Source of the DNA: a virus
Length of the DNA: 64,000 nt
Reading direction: 5' to 3' (one strand)
Virus record (IMG/VR): IMGVR_UViG_3300022719_000039
Coordinates: 18,935 to 82,934 of that record
Shown here: positions 10,867 to 22,003 of the stretch, one piece after another
How positions within the stretch are numbered: position 1 is the first letter of the stretch
How the letters are laid out: each line of letters opens with the position of its first letter
Notes under the pieces: generated by a model
Database searches by the model: none
Told to the model about the DNA's origin: nothing
Seen by the model: the letters and a program-made list of their open reading frames with translations, nothing else
Program-made: the position numbers and the translations under genes

Positions 10867-13095
10867 TTAAAAACGTTTTTTAAGTCCTTCTATAAGTTCT
10901 TTAGATGCATTTGCTTCTGCTGCCTGTATAAATAAAAGTGTATTAATAAGGCCATCTCTTGTAGCAAATGATTTTTTAAATTCAGTACCATCATCAAGAG
11001 GAACCGTTAGTTTAAAAGGGGCTAAAGCTTCAGCCCCCCTTGCATTGTTAGAAGCTCTTTCAATCTTAGCTATAGTATTTGGTTCCTTTTTGTTTGTATC
11101 AGGATTTACCCTGTTATTAAATATTTCTACAGTGCCCTTACCCGAAGCTGTATTTTCTATTTTTGATACTTTGCTAGACATTAATAACCTAGCCGCATCT
11201 CTATTTCCTCTTTTAAGTAAAACAGGCATAATACCTATAGGAGCATTTATAGCTACTTTACCTTTGACTGCATCAGGTACGTCATCTCCATTTATATTTA
11301 CTACCAATTTAAGTTGAGGATCATCTGGTAAAGTTGCCGTACCTAATATAGTAAAGTCATCTTTATCTATGCTACCAAACTCATCTAATTCATCAGCAGT
11401 AAATTTTAATTTTTGTGTAGAAAGAGGTCTTGGTACTATACTTGAGTTTTTAAAGTCTTGATTGAATGCAGAAATTGCTATATCTTCCATTTGTTGTTTT
11501 ATTATTTTACCTTCTTTATCTTCAGGTATTGTTGTTATACCAAACGTTTCAGGTCTTATAACAGACTTGTCTTTCAATAATTCTTTCATTTTCTTAAATA
11601 CCGGATCAACTTTAGCCTGAGCTTTAAATCTTATTCTTTCTACTGTTTTTTGTTGTTCTGGTATTAAAAGAGATGTGTCAACATTATTATTTGCGGTAAG
11701 ATTGTTATTAAACTGAGTTTTTTGTTGGTTTGTAACTCCTTTTCTAAACTTAGTTTTATCCGTAATTTCAAAACCTCCTGATACACCGGGTGTAAATTCA
11801 AGTAAATGATTTTTAATTGCGTTAATTCCAGCTTGTTTAGCCTCATCTGTTACAACATGTTCTTCTAATCCTAATTCTTCTAATGCTTCTTCTTTTAATG
11901 AATTTTCGAAGTCTTGAGCATCCTTTATTTGATTATTTATTTGTTCTAATCTGGCACTTATAAAAGGTTCTAAACTAGGATCAGTATTATTTGTCAATTG
12001 ATTCTCTAATGCTGCTTTTTGTGCTTCAAATGAAGCTATACCGCTTTTTACATCTCCAACATCTTTAAAAGGCGAACCTTCTACACCTATCATGTCTATG
12101 GTAGTAAAACCACCTGTAACATCAGGATCATCATCACTACTACCTGTTGTTCTAGTACCTGTTGTTCTAGTACCTGTTACACCTTTAAATTTATCAAATC
12201 CAAATATATTGGCTGCTGTATTAGAAGCTCCTTCTATTTCTGAAGTAAATAGTACATCAGATAATACTTGTTTTACAGACTTCCCTTCATCTAGTTGTTC
12301 TTGTATTTCTTTTTTTGTATCTTCATCATCTATATTAGATAATAACTGTTCCTTCACTTGTTCATCAGTTAAGCCTGCTGTTCTTATAAAGGCTTCTTGA
12401 TCAAAAAAAGCTTTAACTGAGGGATCACGTCTTAATATATCTAATCCTGCTGCTCTTATATCATTTTCACTTGCCTGCTCTAGTTGAATAAACTGACCGT
12501 CACCTGTTGGTATTAGTCTACCACTAGACTCAAATTTACTTAGAATTTCTGAAAGTTTTTTATCTACATCTACTCTTTCTGCTACTGTTCTAGGAACAAA
12601 AGTTGTAAAACCCCCAGTTCCATCAGGTCTTGTACCTCCTTGAGCAGTAAACTCTGTTAGAGCAGCTTGTAATAATCTATTTTGTGTAGTAGCATCAAGA
12701 TCAGATTCTCTAACTTGTTCCCTAAACTTACCAAAAGCTTCTCCGCTTGTCTTTAATGCACCTAAATCACCTCCTAGCAATCTCCTTTTTACATCTCGTG
12801 CAGTTCTTCTGGCAAAACTTAACGACCTGCTCAAATCTCCTCCACTTTCTTGTATTTCATTATCTATAGAACTTCTTATATCGTTTATTGCTTGTTTTAC
12901 TTTATCTTGTTCAGTAACCAGTCCTCCTATTTCTATACTTTCATCTATGGCATCAAATAATAAATTAGATTGATTAAAAGCCTGTTGTCTGGTTTCTAAC
13001 CCCCTTGCTATTTCTTGAAAAGGTAAAGGGACAAATTGTGAAACTTGTGTTTGTCTAGGTACAAACCTAGCCGGTGTATCAAATCTGCTAGCCAT
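10867..13095 (-). CDS. Putative internal virion (cargo/ejection) protein, 742 aa
   Basis: N-terminal SQFVPLPFQE motif resembles crAss cargo proteins next to the vRNAP. Helical and coiled-coil character. Assigned mainly by synteny. Confidence 0.6.
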   Translation of the reverse strand: MASRFDTPARFVPRQTQVSQFVPLPFQEIARGLETRQQAFNQSNLLFDAIDESIEIGGLVTEQDKVKQAINDIRSSIDNEIQESGGDLSRSLSFARRTARDVKRRLLGGDLGALKTSGEAFGKFREQVRESDLDATTQNRLLQAALTEFTAQGGTRPDGTGGFTTFVPRTVAERVDVDKKLSEILSKFESSGRLIPTGDGQFIQLEQASENDIRAAGLDILRRDPSVKAFFDQEAFIRTAGLTDEQVKEQLLSNIDDEDTKKEIQEQLDEGKSVKQVLSDVLFTSEIEGASNTAANIFGFDKFKGVTGTRTTGTRTTGSSDDDPDVTGGFTTIDMIGVEGSPFKDVGDVKSGIASFEAQKAALENQLTNNTDPSLEPFISARLEQINNQIKDAQDFENSLKEEALEELGLEEHVVTDEAKQAGINAIKNHLLEFTPGVSGGFEITDKTKFRKGVTNQQKTQFNNNLTANNNVDTSLLIPEQQKTVERIRFKAQAKVDPVFKKMKELLKDKSVIRPETFGITTIPEDKEGKIIKQQMEDIAISAFNQDFKNSSIVPRPLSTQKLKFTADELDEFGSIDKDDFTILGTATLPDDPQLKLVVNINGDDVPDAVKGKVAINAPIGIMPVLLKRGNRDAARLLMSSKVSKIENTASGKGTVEIFNNRVNPDTNKKEPNTIAKIERASNNARGAEALAPFKLTVPLDDGTEFKKSFATRDGLINTLLFIQAAEANASKELIEGLKKRF

Positions 13096-13096
13096 T

Positions 13097-14566
13097 TTAA
13101 AATCTACCTATTCTTCTTAGTATGTTTGAACCAATTCCTGCTCCTACCTTTCCTGCTTTGTTTGAATTGTCTACACTATTCCCTTCATTAATAATACTTT
13201 CTGCTTCTGCATTATTACCTCTAAGATTACGGGATGATTCCCTTAGTTTAATTAAATTTTGTGGAGGAGTTCCACCATTCAGGAAGAAGTCAAACAGTTG
13301 ATCCACATCATCTAGGGTAAAGTCTACTGAGCCGGAAACTAAAGCCTTTATAATTTCTGCCCTTAATGCTTTTTCATCTCTTTTTGCTATTGATTTTTGA
13401 GCTTGATCTCTTTGTGATAACTGTGATAATGCAGATGGTACTTCACTACCTAAGAAATTCCTTGCTGCTGCTTCATTTTGTTCATTTATTATTTGTTCTT
13501 GTAGACCAGAAAGTTGATTTCTCAAAGCAAACTCGTTAGCCCTGTTTATATTTCTATTACCAACACCGCTAACATTTTGAACTGTATTCTGCGCTTCTAT
13601 TTCTCCTACCGCATCTTGAGCAGCACTATCTACAACTGCTGCATTAGATAAAAAAGCCCCTAAATTCCCACCAGTATTTCTAGCATTTTCTGTAGCTAAT
13701 CGTCTTTGATTTCTTACTTGTCTTAATGATTCATTAGGAAGGTTTACAGATTCTTCCTGTATAGGTACTAAGTCTGGTATAACAAAAGGGTCAGGAGCAG
13801 TCGTTCCTCTAATAAAGTTACTTATTATAGGGGCTACTTCAAAACCTTTCTCTACCCCCTTACCTATAGTCTTTAAAGTTTTAGTAAAGGGATTTATTTC
13901 TCTTTCTTCTTCTGTACCACTTGTATTTAAGCCCTCTTGCGCTGTCTCATCTCCTTCTTTATCTTCTTTAGTGTCTGAAGGTAAAGAAAGTCTAATAGAT
14001 TCGAACTTAGGTTCATTAAGTCTCGTTACTGTACCGTTAGCATTGAGCAATGGAAGTATTTCACTTCTTTTACTTCCCGGAATAATAACATCCCCCGGAA
14101 GTATTTCTATATCTTCTCCTCCTTGTGTATGGGTCTTTCCTCCCTGAAAGTCGGCTATAAGTTTAAATCTATCTCCTATCTTTCTAAATACGGTTTCATC
14201 TTTTTCTACCTCAACATCTAAGGGTTTGTTAAATTCTTCTATAGGTTGTTCATTTGTAGCCAAACCTTTTTGTGCAATGAATTGTGATTTATCTATCCCT
14301 ATTCCTTCATTTTGTTCCTGCACAAATTGAGCCTTTTTCAACTCTTCTTGTGCTTCTTTTCTTTTACCCTTACCAAAAGCACCACCAATCTTACCTCCTA
14401 TAAATCCTGTTAATAAGTTTGCACCGGGAACAGGAATTAATGAACCTGCTAATGTTCCCAACTGTCCACCAATCTGTTTATTTCTTTCTTGATTAAAGTC
14501 TAACCTATTAACATCATTTTGAGCAGACCTTACACCAGTTATATATCTCTTTTTTCTCTTAGCCAT
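13097..14566 (-). CDS. Putative internal virion (cargo) protein, 489 aa
   Basis: Gly-rich hydrophobic N-terminus (GSLIPVPGANLLTGFIGG), VEVEKDE...GGKTHTQGG motif typical of crAss virion proteins, and position. Confidence 0.6.
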   Translation of the reverse strand: MAKRKKRYITGVRSAQNDVNRLDFNQERNKQIGGQLGTLAGSLIPVPGANLLTGFIGGKIGGAFGKGKRKEAQEELKKAQFVQEQNEGIGIDKSQFIAQKGLATNEQPIEEFNKPLDVEVEKDETVFRKIGDRFKLIADFQGGKTHTQGGEDIEILPGDVIIPGSKRSEILPLLNANGTVTRLNEPKFESIRLSLPSDTKEDKEGDETAQEGLNTSGTEEEREINPFTKTLKTIGKGVEKGFEVAPIISNFIRGTTAPDPFVIPDLVPIQEESVNLPNESLRQVRNQRRLATENARNTGGNLGAFLSNAAVVDSAAQDAVGEIEAQNTVQNVSGVGNRNINRANEFALRNQLSGLQEQIINEQNEAAARNFLGSEVPSALSQLSQRDQAQKSIAKRDEKALRAEIIKALVSGSVDFTLDDVDQLFDFFLNGGTPPQNLIKLRESSRNLRGNNAEAESIINEGNSVDNSNKAGKVGAGIGSNILRRIGRF

Positions 14567-17500
14567 TATACAGTATGTCTTCTAAATATTGATATAATAT
14601 AGTTCAATGTCATTTCATTATCTTCACCATCAGCACTATCAAATTCCAATATAAATCTTGAGTATTTACCTTTCATCCTATCTTTGAACTGTTTTTCAAA
14701 GTCTACAACTTCTATATCACTTTCATCTATGACCGAATTAAAAGGTACATGAACTCTATACTCTGAATTTCTATAAGCAGCTTTAACCTCATTTCTGTTT
14801 AAACCATTTAAAGAATCAGTTAATACAATATTAGCCTTTCCAGTATTTTGAGTATCATTACGAACTTGTATTCTGTCAAAAGTACGTTTTACAAACTTTC
14901 CACTTCCACCAACATCTCTAACTATGTTATTTATAAGTAATACATCAAATACTTTGTCAACATTCGGTACATTAGCAATAAATTCTAAAGTGAAAGGAAG
15001 TTTGGTATCATTAAAAAACTTACCTATTTCTCCTTCACCAAAACTCCAAAGAGCTTGGTTTTTATCCAGCAGTAATTTCTTTTTAAATTTAACCGCACGT
15101 CTAGGTATAAAGTTACTAAAAGACTCCCAAAAACCTAATTTCAGGGAATAACTTATTGTAAATCCTCCTGAAGTCCCCCTTGAAATAAATACTCTTTTAT
15201 GTTTATGGTCATAGAAACTATGATAACCACTATCTTTGGATGGATTATCATTTAAATCTTCTGTTAAGTTATCAAAGAAAAAATTTGATATTCCCTTATC
15301 ACTAATTTCTTCTAATTGTTGATTAAAAAGGAAAACTTTACCCCTTACGGAATCTAACAGTATATAACCAAAAGGAGTTTCTGTATCTCCCCACTTATAT
15401 TTAGTTCCTAAAAACCCTCCATCTATATCTACTATAGGCTTTGGCTGAATACTAAAAAAGTCTCCCTTACCTAATACTAGTTCTCCTGTGGTGGTTGCAG
15501 CTTGAGAAACAGGATTAGTAAAGGTCTTATATAATGACTTTTCTGTACGTATATAAAAGTCATTAGCCCAATTAAAAGTATTGATTATTTCACCTGTATT
15601 TCTAGGTAAGTCTTGAAAATTATTAGGTAAAAATATTCTATAAGCATCTAGATGTTCCCCTTCTAGTAAAGCTTCTGAATATATACTTCTGTTGCTAAAG
15701 TTACTTATCTGTTGAAATAGTAATGGTATAGGAAAGAATATTTGTACTTCATTTTGTCTATTATACTGTTTATTATATCCTATAGAATGCCCTTTGTCAG
15801 GAAAGAAATTAAATAACCCTAAATCTCCATCTTCCCCATCTCTATTTAATATCTTTGAATATTTAGGAAAATATGGTATTGTTCCTTGATTTAAGGCCCC
15901 CGCTTCAATAGTTGGTGATTCAAAATGTTTATAATTGTAATTACCCTTTGTTTCAAACCACGTATAAACTATACTTCTTGATTTAGGAGGAAATATGAGT
16001 TGTGATTCTGTATGTATTCCCCCCCTGTCAGCCATAAGTATGGCTACCTTAGTTATAAAAGTATCCCCACCAAATACTTCTATTTCTGTATCTGGAAGGA
16101 CTGAATCATCTACTATACTTTTCCTTTCTTGGTTTAAAAAATATTCAGCACATTTTATGTAAGAAGCAGAAGTTATACCTGAATAAGGATTAGCAACTTT
16201 ATTTCTTAATGTATATATATTTAATGTAGGAGCTTCTGTATCTACTCTATATATCCAAGTTGAACCTTGATTAAAATAAAACTCAGGATTTAAATCAAAA
16301 TCACCCTCATCACTTTCTGCTTCTAATAATAATGATCCATTAGACTCCGCTATTCTTAATTCTGGATTACCGCTAAAAGGCAATGAAGTTTTTCTGTTAT
16401 TAGAATTATCATTTCCTGAAACCGCATCGAAGTAAGGTGTAACTTTATGTTTATTTCCTGTTAAAACTTTTTCTGTGCCTAATACTCCTGTACCACTATC
16501 AAAATTTAGTACATTAGCTACTGTAAAAGCTTCAGAATCTTGCAATCTTGAATCAAATAACCTTTTCGGAGTAACAGTAGCACTTTTTCTATAATGTGTA
16601 AGACTAGCTGGTTCTATAAGTCCATGTATTATATCCGGCATATAGGCAGATATTAACTTCCTTTTTATACTATTATTGTCTAGTACAGTAGAATCTAATT
16701 GTAAAAACTGTCTACCAAAACTAGGAGCAGGGAATACAAAGTTGTCATTACCAACATTTGACTCTATAACTGGTTTGAATATACCTTGAGCTATATTAAA
16801 ACCATCACCTGAATTATTTCTCTTTTGTCTTACTACATACAAACCTTGTATTAAGTCCTTAGCTGACTGTGGTATTACTACATTTTTTAGTTTTATTCCT
16901 AATACTTTTACTTTCTGATCATTACTAATTCTAACAACAAAAGGTTCAACATCATTACCGGGAGTATGATGAAACCTTACATTTCCAGAAGGATAACCAA
17001 AACCGGAAGGATAAGCTTCAGAAGATACAAAAGTACCCATTACTCCACCAGAAGCAGGGGTATTTACTGTATGGTTTCCGGGTATATGATAAGCTGCTCC
17101 TATTCTTCCTGTCTTAAATATAGGAACTATTGCAATATCATAAACCTCATCTCTCATATATCCTACAAGTTCAAAAGTTTGTTTTTCCCCCTTATAATCC
17201 TCAAAGCTATTCGTACCTTGATTAGTTATCTCTACAGGTTCTGTCCTTTGCCAATTACTTGCTATATTGGAAGATATACTAAATACTTCTCCATCTACTT
17301 TTGTAGTAAAGCCTTCATTTACAGTTACTTCTTTTATAAAATAATCTACAGTTATATTATTTGCTATGCTTTGCCAGTCTGTATCATCTATAACAGCCTT
17401 TAAATTTGATAAAACTGCTCTTCCTTGTGTTTGATTTATAGATGTAGCCCTGTCATATTGATTACCTAAAGGAGATAAGTCTACCCTTTCTAACCCACCA

Positions 17501-18399
17501 CTCTTTTGATCTGTATTGTTATATGTAAAGTCTAAAGTTTTATTACCATTACTTTCAGTTATAGCTGTTTCAGTAGGTATCCTTCCTACAACATCAGCAG
17601 TAAATACACTAGCCAAACCTTCATAATGTATAGCTATTATCTCTACTATTGGAAAAGAAGTATCAACATTATCTATTTTTATATTTATAGACTTCCCTGA
17701 ATCTGTCTCTGGTAAAGCCCCATCGAAGTTTTCTCTTCCTACATTAGAAGCCTCGTCTGTTACTGGTATAGTTTGAGATACTGGCCCTACTCCCGTTTTA
17801 TTTCCTTCTCTACTTATATACCTTACAGCAAATTGATATATGCCCGTAGGCAATGATCCACCAACGTCTACATCTATTAATTTTACTATACCTAAGTTAA
17901 AATTAAAGAATAACCTTGTATCTTTGTCAAGATTACTTTCAGAAGGAATATTATCTAAGTTTATAGCTCTTGGAGGGAATGACTTGCTTACAAAATATAT
18001 CATTCTTTCTCCTGTAAACAATGTTCTGGATATTATATCTATCTCATTGTTTATATCGAAGGAAAGTATGTTACTAGAATAATTAACCCCTGTAGAAGTT
18101 CCTGCACCAGTCCTTAATATACCAGTATATGTACCATTAGAGGAAACAGAACCTATTTCAGATATAGTATTAAGTAAATCAACTAACAGAACTATAAGCT
18201 CATCACCTAGTTCTGCTGCTCCTATAAGTCGTAAGTCAGAAGGTAGGTTTGTAAATAATTTTGTGCCTTTCTGTGTAACTAAATCCCCTGTATCTGTAAT
18301 TCTCCATCCTTTTGCATTAAAGAAAGTTCCCTCTGGCTGACTATTAAAAGCATAGTCAGATACCATACCTTTACTAAAGCTATGAATTTGTTCAGGCAT
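14566..18399 (-). CDS. Tail muzzle / stabilization protein (P22 gp10-like, crAss-type), 1277 aa
   Basis: Starts HSFSKGMVSD. Contains GSLPTGIYQFAVRY, GYMRDEVYDIAIV, FGGDTFI and a C-terminal RMKGKY. Size and position fit the crAss muzzle protein. Confidence 0.8.
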   Translation of the reverse strand: MPEQIHSFSKGMVSDYAFNSQPEGTFFNAKGWRITDTGDLVTQKGTKLFTNLPSDLRLIGAAELGDELIVLLVDLLNTISEIGSVSSNGTYTGILRTGAGTSTGVNYSSNILSFDINNEIDIISRTLFTGERMIYFVSKSFPPRAINLDNIPSESNLDKDTRLFFNFNLGIVKLIDVDVGGSLPTGIYQFAVRYISREGNKTGVGPVSQTIPVTDEASNVGRENFDGALPETDSGKSINIKIDNVDTSFPIVEIIAIHYEGLASVFTADVVGRIPTETAITESNGNKTLDFTYNNTDQKSGGLERVDLSPLGNQYDRATSINQTQGRAVLSNLKAVIDDTDWQSIANNITVDYFIKEVTVNEGFTTKVDGEVFSISSNIASNWQRTEPVEITNQGTNSFEDYKGEKQTFELVGYMRDEVYDIAIVPIFKTGRIGAAYHIPGNHTVNTPASGGVMGTFVSSEAYPSGFGYPSGNVRFHHTPGNDVEPFVVRISNDQKVKVLGIKLKNVVIPQSAKDLIQGLYVVRQKRNNSGDGFNIAQGIFKPVIESNVGNDNFVFPAPSFGRQFLQLDSTVLDNNSIKRKLISAYMPDIIHGLIEPASLTHYRKSATVTPKRLFDSRLQDSEAFTVANVLNFDSGTGVLGTEKVLTGNKHKVTPYFDAVSGNDNSNNRKTSLPFSGNPELRIAESNGSLLLEAESDEGDFDLNPEFYFNQGSTWIYRVDTEAPTLNIYTLRNKVANPYSGITSASYIKCAEYFLNQERKSIVDDSVLPDTEIEVFGGDTFITKVAILMADRGGIHTESQLIFPPKSRSIVYTWFETKGNYNYKHFESPTIEAGALNQGTIPYFPKYSKILNRDGEDGDLGLFNFFPDKGHSIGYNKQYNRQNEVQIFFPIPLLFQQISNFSNRSIYSEALLEGEHLDAYRIFLPNNFQDLPRNTGEIINTFNWANDFYIRTEKSLYKTFTNPVSQAATTTGELVLGKGDFFSIQPKPIVDIDGGFLGTKYKWGDTETPFGYILLDSVRGKVFLFNQQLEEISDKGISNFFFDNLTEDLNDNPSKDSGYHSFYDHKHKRVFISRGTSGGFTISYSLKLGFWESFSNFIPRRAVKFKKKLLLDKNQALWSFGEGEIGKFFNDTKLPFTLEFIANVPNVDKVFDVLLINNIVRDVGGSGKFVKRTFDRIQVRNDTQNTGKANIVLTDSLNGLNRNEVKAAYRNSEYRVHVPFNSVIDESDIEVVDFEKQFKDRMKGKYSRFILEFDSADGEDNEMTLNYIISIFRRHTV

Positions 18400-18411
18400 T
18401 ACCTTTCTTCA

Positions 18412-19119
18412 TTAATTTCCCTCTAAGTCTAACCTTTGAGCTTTACCTAAATTTACAAAATTTGTATCATACAATGTTGCATTAGGAATCAATCTGAACA
18501 TAATATTCTTTAACCTTTCATAACCTATTGCATCTGGTTTGTTAGCATCCCCTCTAGCCTCCATACAGTATTCATGCCATTTTTGTTCTACATATTGTAT
18601 ATCATTAAGAGCAGGCTGCTTAAATTTGAACCCTCTTAATGTTAAATGCATTGTTATCTTCCAAATTAAAGCATCTAAGTAAGACCTATTATCTGGTATT
18701 AATGGTATACCATCCTCATCTGCTGGAAATGCAAGATAATCTATGTTTATGCTACCATCTTTTACATTAGATATAATACAATCTTTCTTTATATTAATAT
18801 CTTTACTGCTAATACTTCTTTCCTTAACTAAGGTTTCTCTTTTACCATCTATTGTATTTAATGCTGGATTTATACATAATTCAGCAGCGTTTATAATTCT
18901 TACTAGTCTGTAAAAATCTCCCGGTAAGTCTCCTTTATAATTTTTAAATTTTATAGTAGCTGGTTTTTCTTCAAATTGAGCATGAGCACCTATAGCTTTA
19001 AGCCCGTCTACCAACCAGTCAATCATTGTATGATAAGGAATATTAATATCATCTTCTAAAGCCCTATCTGATATAGCTCTGGCAATTACTTCTTTGTATG
19101 AGATATATCCTGTTATCAT
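18412..19119 (-). CDS. Tail ring / tubular protein
   Basis: 235 aa with LPGDFY and IDYLAFPADEDGIPLIPDN, a crAss ring-protein pattern. Adjacent to the muzzle gene. Confidence 0.7.
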   Translation of the reverse strand: MITGYISYKEVIARAISDRALEDDINIPYHTMIDWLVDGLKAIGAHAQFEEKPATIKFKNYKGDLPGDFYRLVRIINAAELCINPALNTIDGKRETLVKERSISSKDINIKKDCIISNVKDGSINIDYLAFPADEDGIPLIPDNRSYLDALIWKITMHLTLRGFKFKQPALNDIQYVEQKWHEYCMEARGDANKPDAIGYERLKNIMFRLIPNATLYDTNFVNLGKAQRLDLEGN

Positions 19120-19556
19120 GCTTCAAATCTTTTATGCCCTCCGGGAGTTTTCATTATAACAGCTAATTTTCTCTTATTAGCATAAGAAGGAACAAATCTG
19201 AATAAAGATTTACCCCTAATCATGCACCTTTTATTATTCCAATGAAACTTGGCTATAAAACCATCACTATGCTCGTTAATATGTTTAGCTTTAATTCCTT
19301 CTTTTCTGTAAGTACCATAATCATTTGGAAGATTACCTAAATCTCCTTTGTTCTTCTTTATAGAAAATTCAGACAATCCAAAAGGTAATTCTACAACCTT
19401 TCCATCAAACATATACTTTATTAACTTTTTATTAAAATTATAAAGTATAGTACTAAAAGTTTTAAAGTTACAAAACTCTTCTCCTTTAGACTTTTTTTCT
19501 TTTTTGTAGTCTAAATATATAGTTCTAATAGAATATATTCTGTCAGTTCTCGGCAT
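19116..19556 (-). CDS. crAss IHF/HU-like protein
   Basis: Basic 146 aa with VELPFGLSEFSIKK and a C-terminal FVPSYANKRKLA. The position inside the tail module is conserved in crAss phages. Confidence 0.7.
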   Translation of the reverse strand: MPRTDRIYSIRTIYLDYKKEKKSKGEEFCNFKTFSTILYNFNKKLIKYMFDGKVVELPFGLSEFSIKKNKGDLGNLPNDYGTYRKEGIKAKHINEHSDGFIAKFHWNNKRCMIRGKSLFRFVPSYANKRKLAVIMKTPGGHKRFEA

Positions 19557-20232
19557 TTACTTTAACATCTCTGCTATCATTTTTATCATCTTTAGGTAAT
19601 GTAAACTTAGTTTGTATTTCAGAAGATAAAAGCATTTTAAATATTGTATCTAACATATCTGAATGTATAGGATATTCTACATTATATTCTACATCATCTA
19701 CATCTATCCCATTAAACTCCATGACTTCTACAGGATTCTCAAAAATACCTAGTATACCTATAGCAGAACTACTTACGCTTTTAGGTGTTTTTATGTAGAT
19801 ATAACCATCAAGCTCATACCATTTACCAAATTGTCCACCAAAATGTATATACTTGGAATAGTTTGCACTTAATCTAGTCTCTCTTTGATACTCTATTCTA
19901 CCATCTACAGAACCTACATAACCTATAGCTAAACCTACCGTTAATGATATTGGTTTAGGTATCTTGGTTTCAGTTCTTCTGGCAAAACCAGACAACTGTA
20001 TATCATTTTTACTATTAAGCTTTTCGGTATTAACTTTGCCGTCCTTACCTAAGACTTGGGAAAGTCCTTCAATATTTGTACTAATTCTATCATACTTTTG
20101 CCTTATTAGCTTTGCTCTATAATAATTTAACATATAAAGGATATGATCTTCTGTAGGTTTTTGATCATCGGAGGCTATGCCACCTCCTATCATATCTTTT
20201 ATATTATATATTATTTCTCCTAGTATTGCCAT
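19543..20232 (-). CDS. Tail ring protein (probable start ATG 20232, MAILGEIIYNI)
   Basis: YRAKLIRQ, GIFENP and EYPI motifs of ring proteins. The longer start at 20259 lies inside a terminator hairpin. Confidence 0.65.
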   Translation of the reverse strand: MAILGEIIYNIKDMIGGGIASDDQKPTEDHILYMLNYYRAKLIRQKYDRISTNIEGLSQVLGKDGKVNTEKLNSKNDIQLSGFARRTETKIPKPISLTVGLAIGYVGSVDGRIEYQRETRLSANYSKYIHFGGQFGKWYELDGYIYIKTPKSVSSSAIGILGIFENPVEVMEFNGIDVDDVEYNVEYPIHSDMLDTIFKMLLSSEIQTKFTLPKDDKNDSRDVKVNAEN

Positions 20233-20242
20233 AAGTAAAAAT

Positions 20243-20270
20243 AGGTTAGGAGGTATCACCCTCCTAACCT
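20243..20270 (-). terminator. Intrinsic terminator after the 406-aa structural gene
   Basis: Stem AGGTTAGGAG/CTCCTAACCT, followed on the minus strand by ATTTTT. Confidence 0.7.
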
Positions 20271-20302
20271 TTAGTAGAAAAACAAACCGAAAAAATGAAC
20301 TA

Positions 20303-21523
20303 TTATACGTTAGGAAGCCCTGCTCCAGCCATCCATGAATCTAATATACCTTCTACTGCATCTGCTTTAGTAGTAGCAACACTAATATCAAAAGCAAGAA
20401 CTAAAGCATTAGTTGTTTTAACAACATTACCTTCCGGTAATCCTTCTTCGTGTTCCAAGTCATACTCTATAACATATTGTGTATATGTACCAGTACTAAC
20501 TGCACGTGGCGTAAATTCATCAGAAGGAAACTGTCTTGGATTAGTAAAGCCATCAAATGAAGCAGCTACTTTCTCCATATCCCTTACTTGTTCCCAAAAA
20601 CCACGACCAATGTTAACAGGAGTTGTATAAGTAACCGTTTCTTCTTCTCCGGGAACTCCGTTTACAGGAGCAAGTGCAGCATCAAATGATACTTTTTGGT
20701 AAAAGTCAACACTACGAGTAGTTACTTTTTGTCCTTTTAATTTTATACCATAGTTTCCAGCAGCTATTGTACCAGCTAAATCTACAGTAGCAGATACATC
20801 TATAGTTTCAGTAGCACCACTATAAGGCCTGTCTAACTCAAAAGTATTAGCATCAACTACCTTTGCTACCTTGTATACCACGCTTCTAAATACAACTAAG
20901 GTTCCTACTGTTAAGCTATGAGCTGTGGCAGCTACAGTTACACTATCTTTAGTAAGTGTCGGATCCATTGTAAGCTCGGTTATCGCTCCATCCCCGGTTA
21001 CCTCAGCTATGACTTTACCTCTAAAAGCTCTATTATTATCTTTATTAACTTTCTTAGCTAAATCACTAGCTCTACTATACTGATCAGTAGCTCCTAAAGT
21101 ATTACTGTAATAATCTCTACCTGTTTGTCTATGAGGAGTTACTCTATCCTCATCATTGAAAACTATTCGTAACCTATACTCTTTAGAAGTATCCATTGCT
21201 AATGCATTAGCAGTTCCGTTATAACCTATATCGGTTACCTGTTCTACAGGAGCAGAATAAACCTCCTTCCGCCAACTTTTAACAAGATTAGCATTTATAA
21301 TATTACTTAGTTTTGCCTTACCTGCACCTACACCCAAAGCCAAGTAAATTGCATCGTTTTCAGCACCACTTGTAGGAGTTGGAGTACCAGTTAAGTTAGA
21401 CAAAGCTCTGTTTAATACCAATAAATCTCCATCAATAATTGTGGTGATAGAAGTACCGGTATTGCCTCCACTGGTATTAGTTACTAATACTTGTGTAGGT
21501 CTTTTAGAAATTGACATTGACAT
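20303..21523 (-). CDS. Structural protein, probably an auxiliary capsid protein, 406 aa
   Basis: Thr/Gly/Ala-rich with beta-strand character, in the capsid module, followed by a terminator. Confidence 0.55.
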   Translation of the reverse strand: MSMSISKRPTQVLVTNTSGGNTGTSITTIIDGDLLVLNRALSNLTGTPTPTSGAENDAIYLALGVGAGKAKLSNIINANLVKSWRKEVYSAPVEQVTDIGYNGTANALAMDTSKEYRLRIVFNDEDRVTPHRQTGRDYYSNTLGATDQYSRASDLAKKVNKDNNRAFRGKVIAEVTGDGAITELTMDPTLTKDSVTVAATAHSLTVGTLVVFRSVVYKVAKVVDANTFELDRPYSGATETIDVSATVDLAGTIAAGNYGIKLKGQKVTTRSVDFYQKVSFDAALAPVNGVPGEEETVTYTTPVNIGRGFWEQVRDMEKVAASFDGFTNPRQFPSDEFTPRAVSTGTYTQYVIEYDLEHEEGLPEGNVVKTTNALVLAFDISVATTKADAVEGILDSWMAGAGLPNV

Positions 21524-21551
21524 AGCACTATCGCTTTTTAGTTAATATAAA

Positions 21552-21992
21552 TTAATGAACTGAAAATCTTATTTGAACAGCAGCATCTAAAGCATCAGTA
21601 GCATGATCATTTACTATTGTTATAACAGCCTGTCCAGCAGTTACTGCTGCCTTCATAACTCTAGGCTGTCCAGCATCTTCATAAACACCTAATGTAGCAT
21701 GTACTATAGAATCTGCTTTAATCCTGCTATTTGTTAAGGTAATATCGGTTGTAGCACCAGCACCAGTTGCTAATGCAGCAGTAGTTATAGTACCAGACAT
21801 ACTATTTATAGTTGGTGTAGAACTTGTAGCACTTCCTTTTTCAAGAACGGTATCACCATCTGTTGCTACTTTTTGATCTATTACAGCTTCCTGCTTTGTT
21901 ATAATATCATTAGTTTTTTTCCATAATTCCCCTATGAATGTAAAGGTTTTATTAAGCTGTGTAAACTTGCTAATATCTTTTGTAATTGCCAT
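21552..21992 (-). CDS. Small structural protein (head decoration/fibre-like)
   Basis: 146 aa, Thr/Ala-rich (GTITTAALATGAGATTDITLTNSRI), in the capsid module. Confidence 0.45.
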   Translation of the reverse strand: MAITKDISKFTQLNKTFTFIGELWKKTNDIITKQEAVIDQKVATDGDTVLEKGSATSSTPTINSMSGTITTAALATGAGATTDITLTNSRIKADSIVHATLGVYEDAGQPRVMKAAVTAGQAVITIVNDHATDALDAAVQIRFSVH

Positions 21993-22003
21993 AATAATAT
22001 TAT

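Noticed and set aside
12142-12180. 15-bp tandem repeat (TGTRT) in the cargo gene
   Set aside because: A simple coding low-complexity linker duplication.
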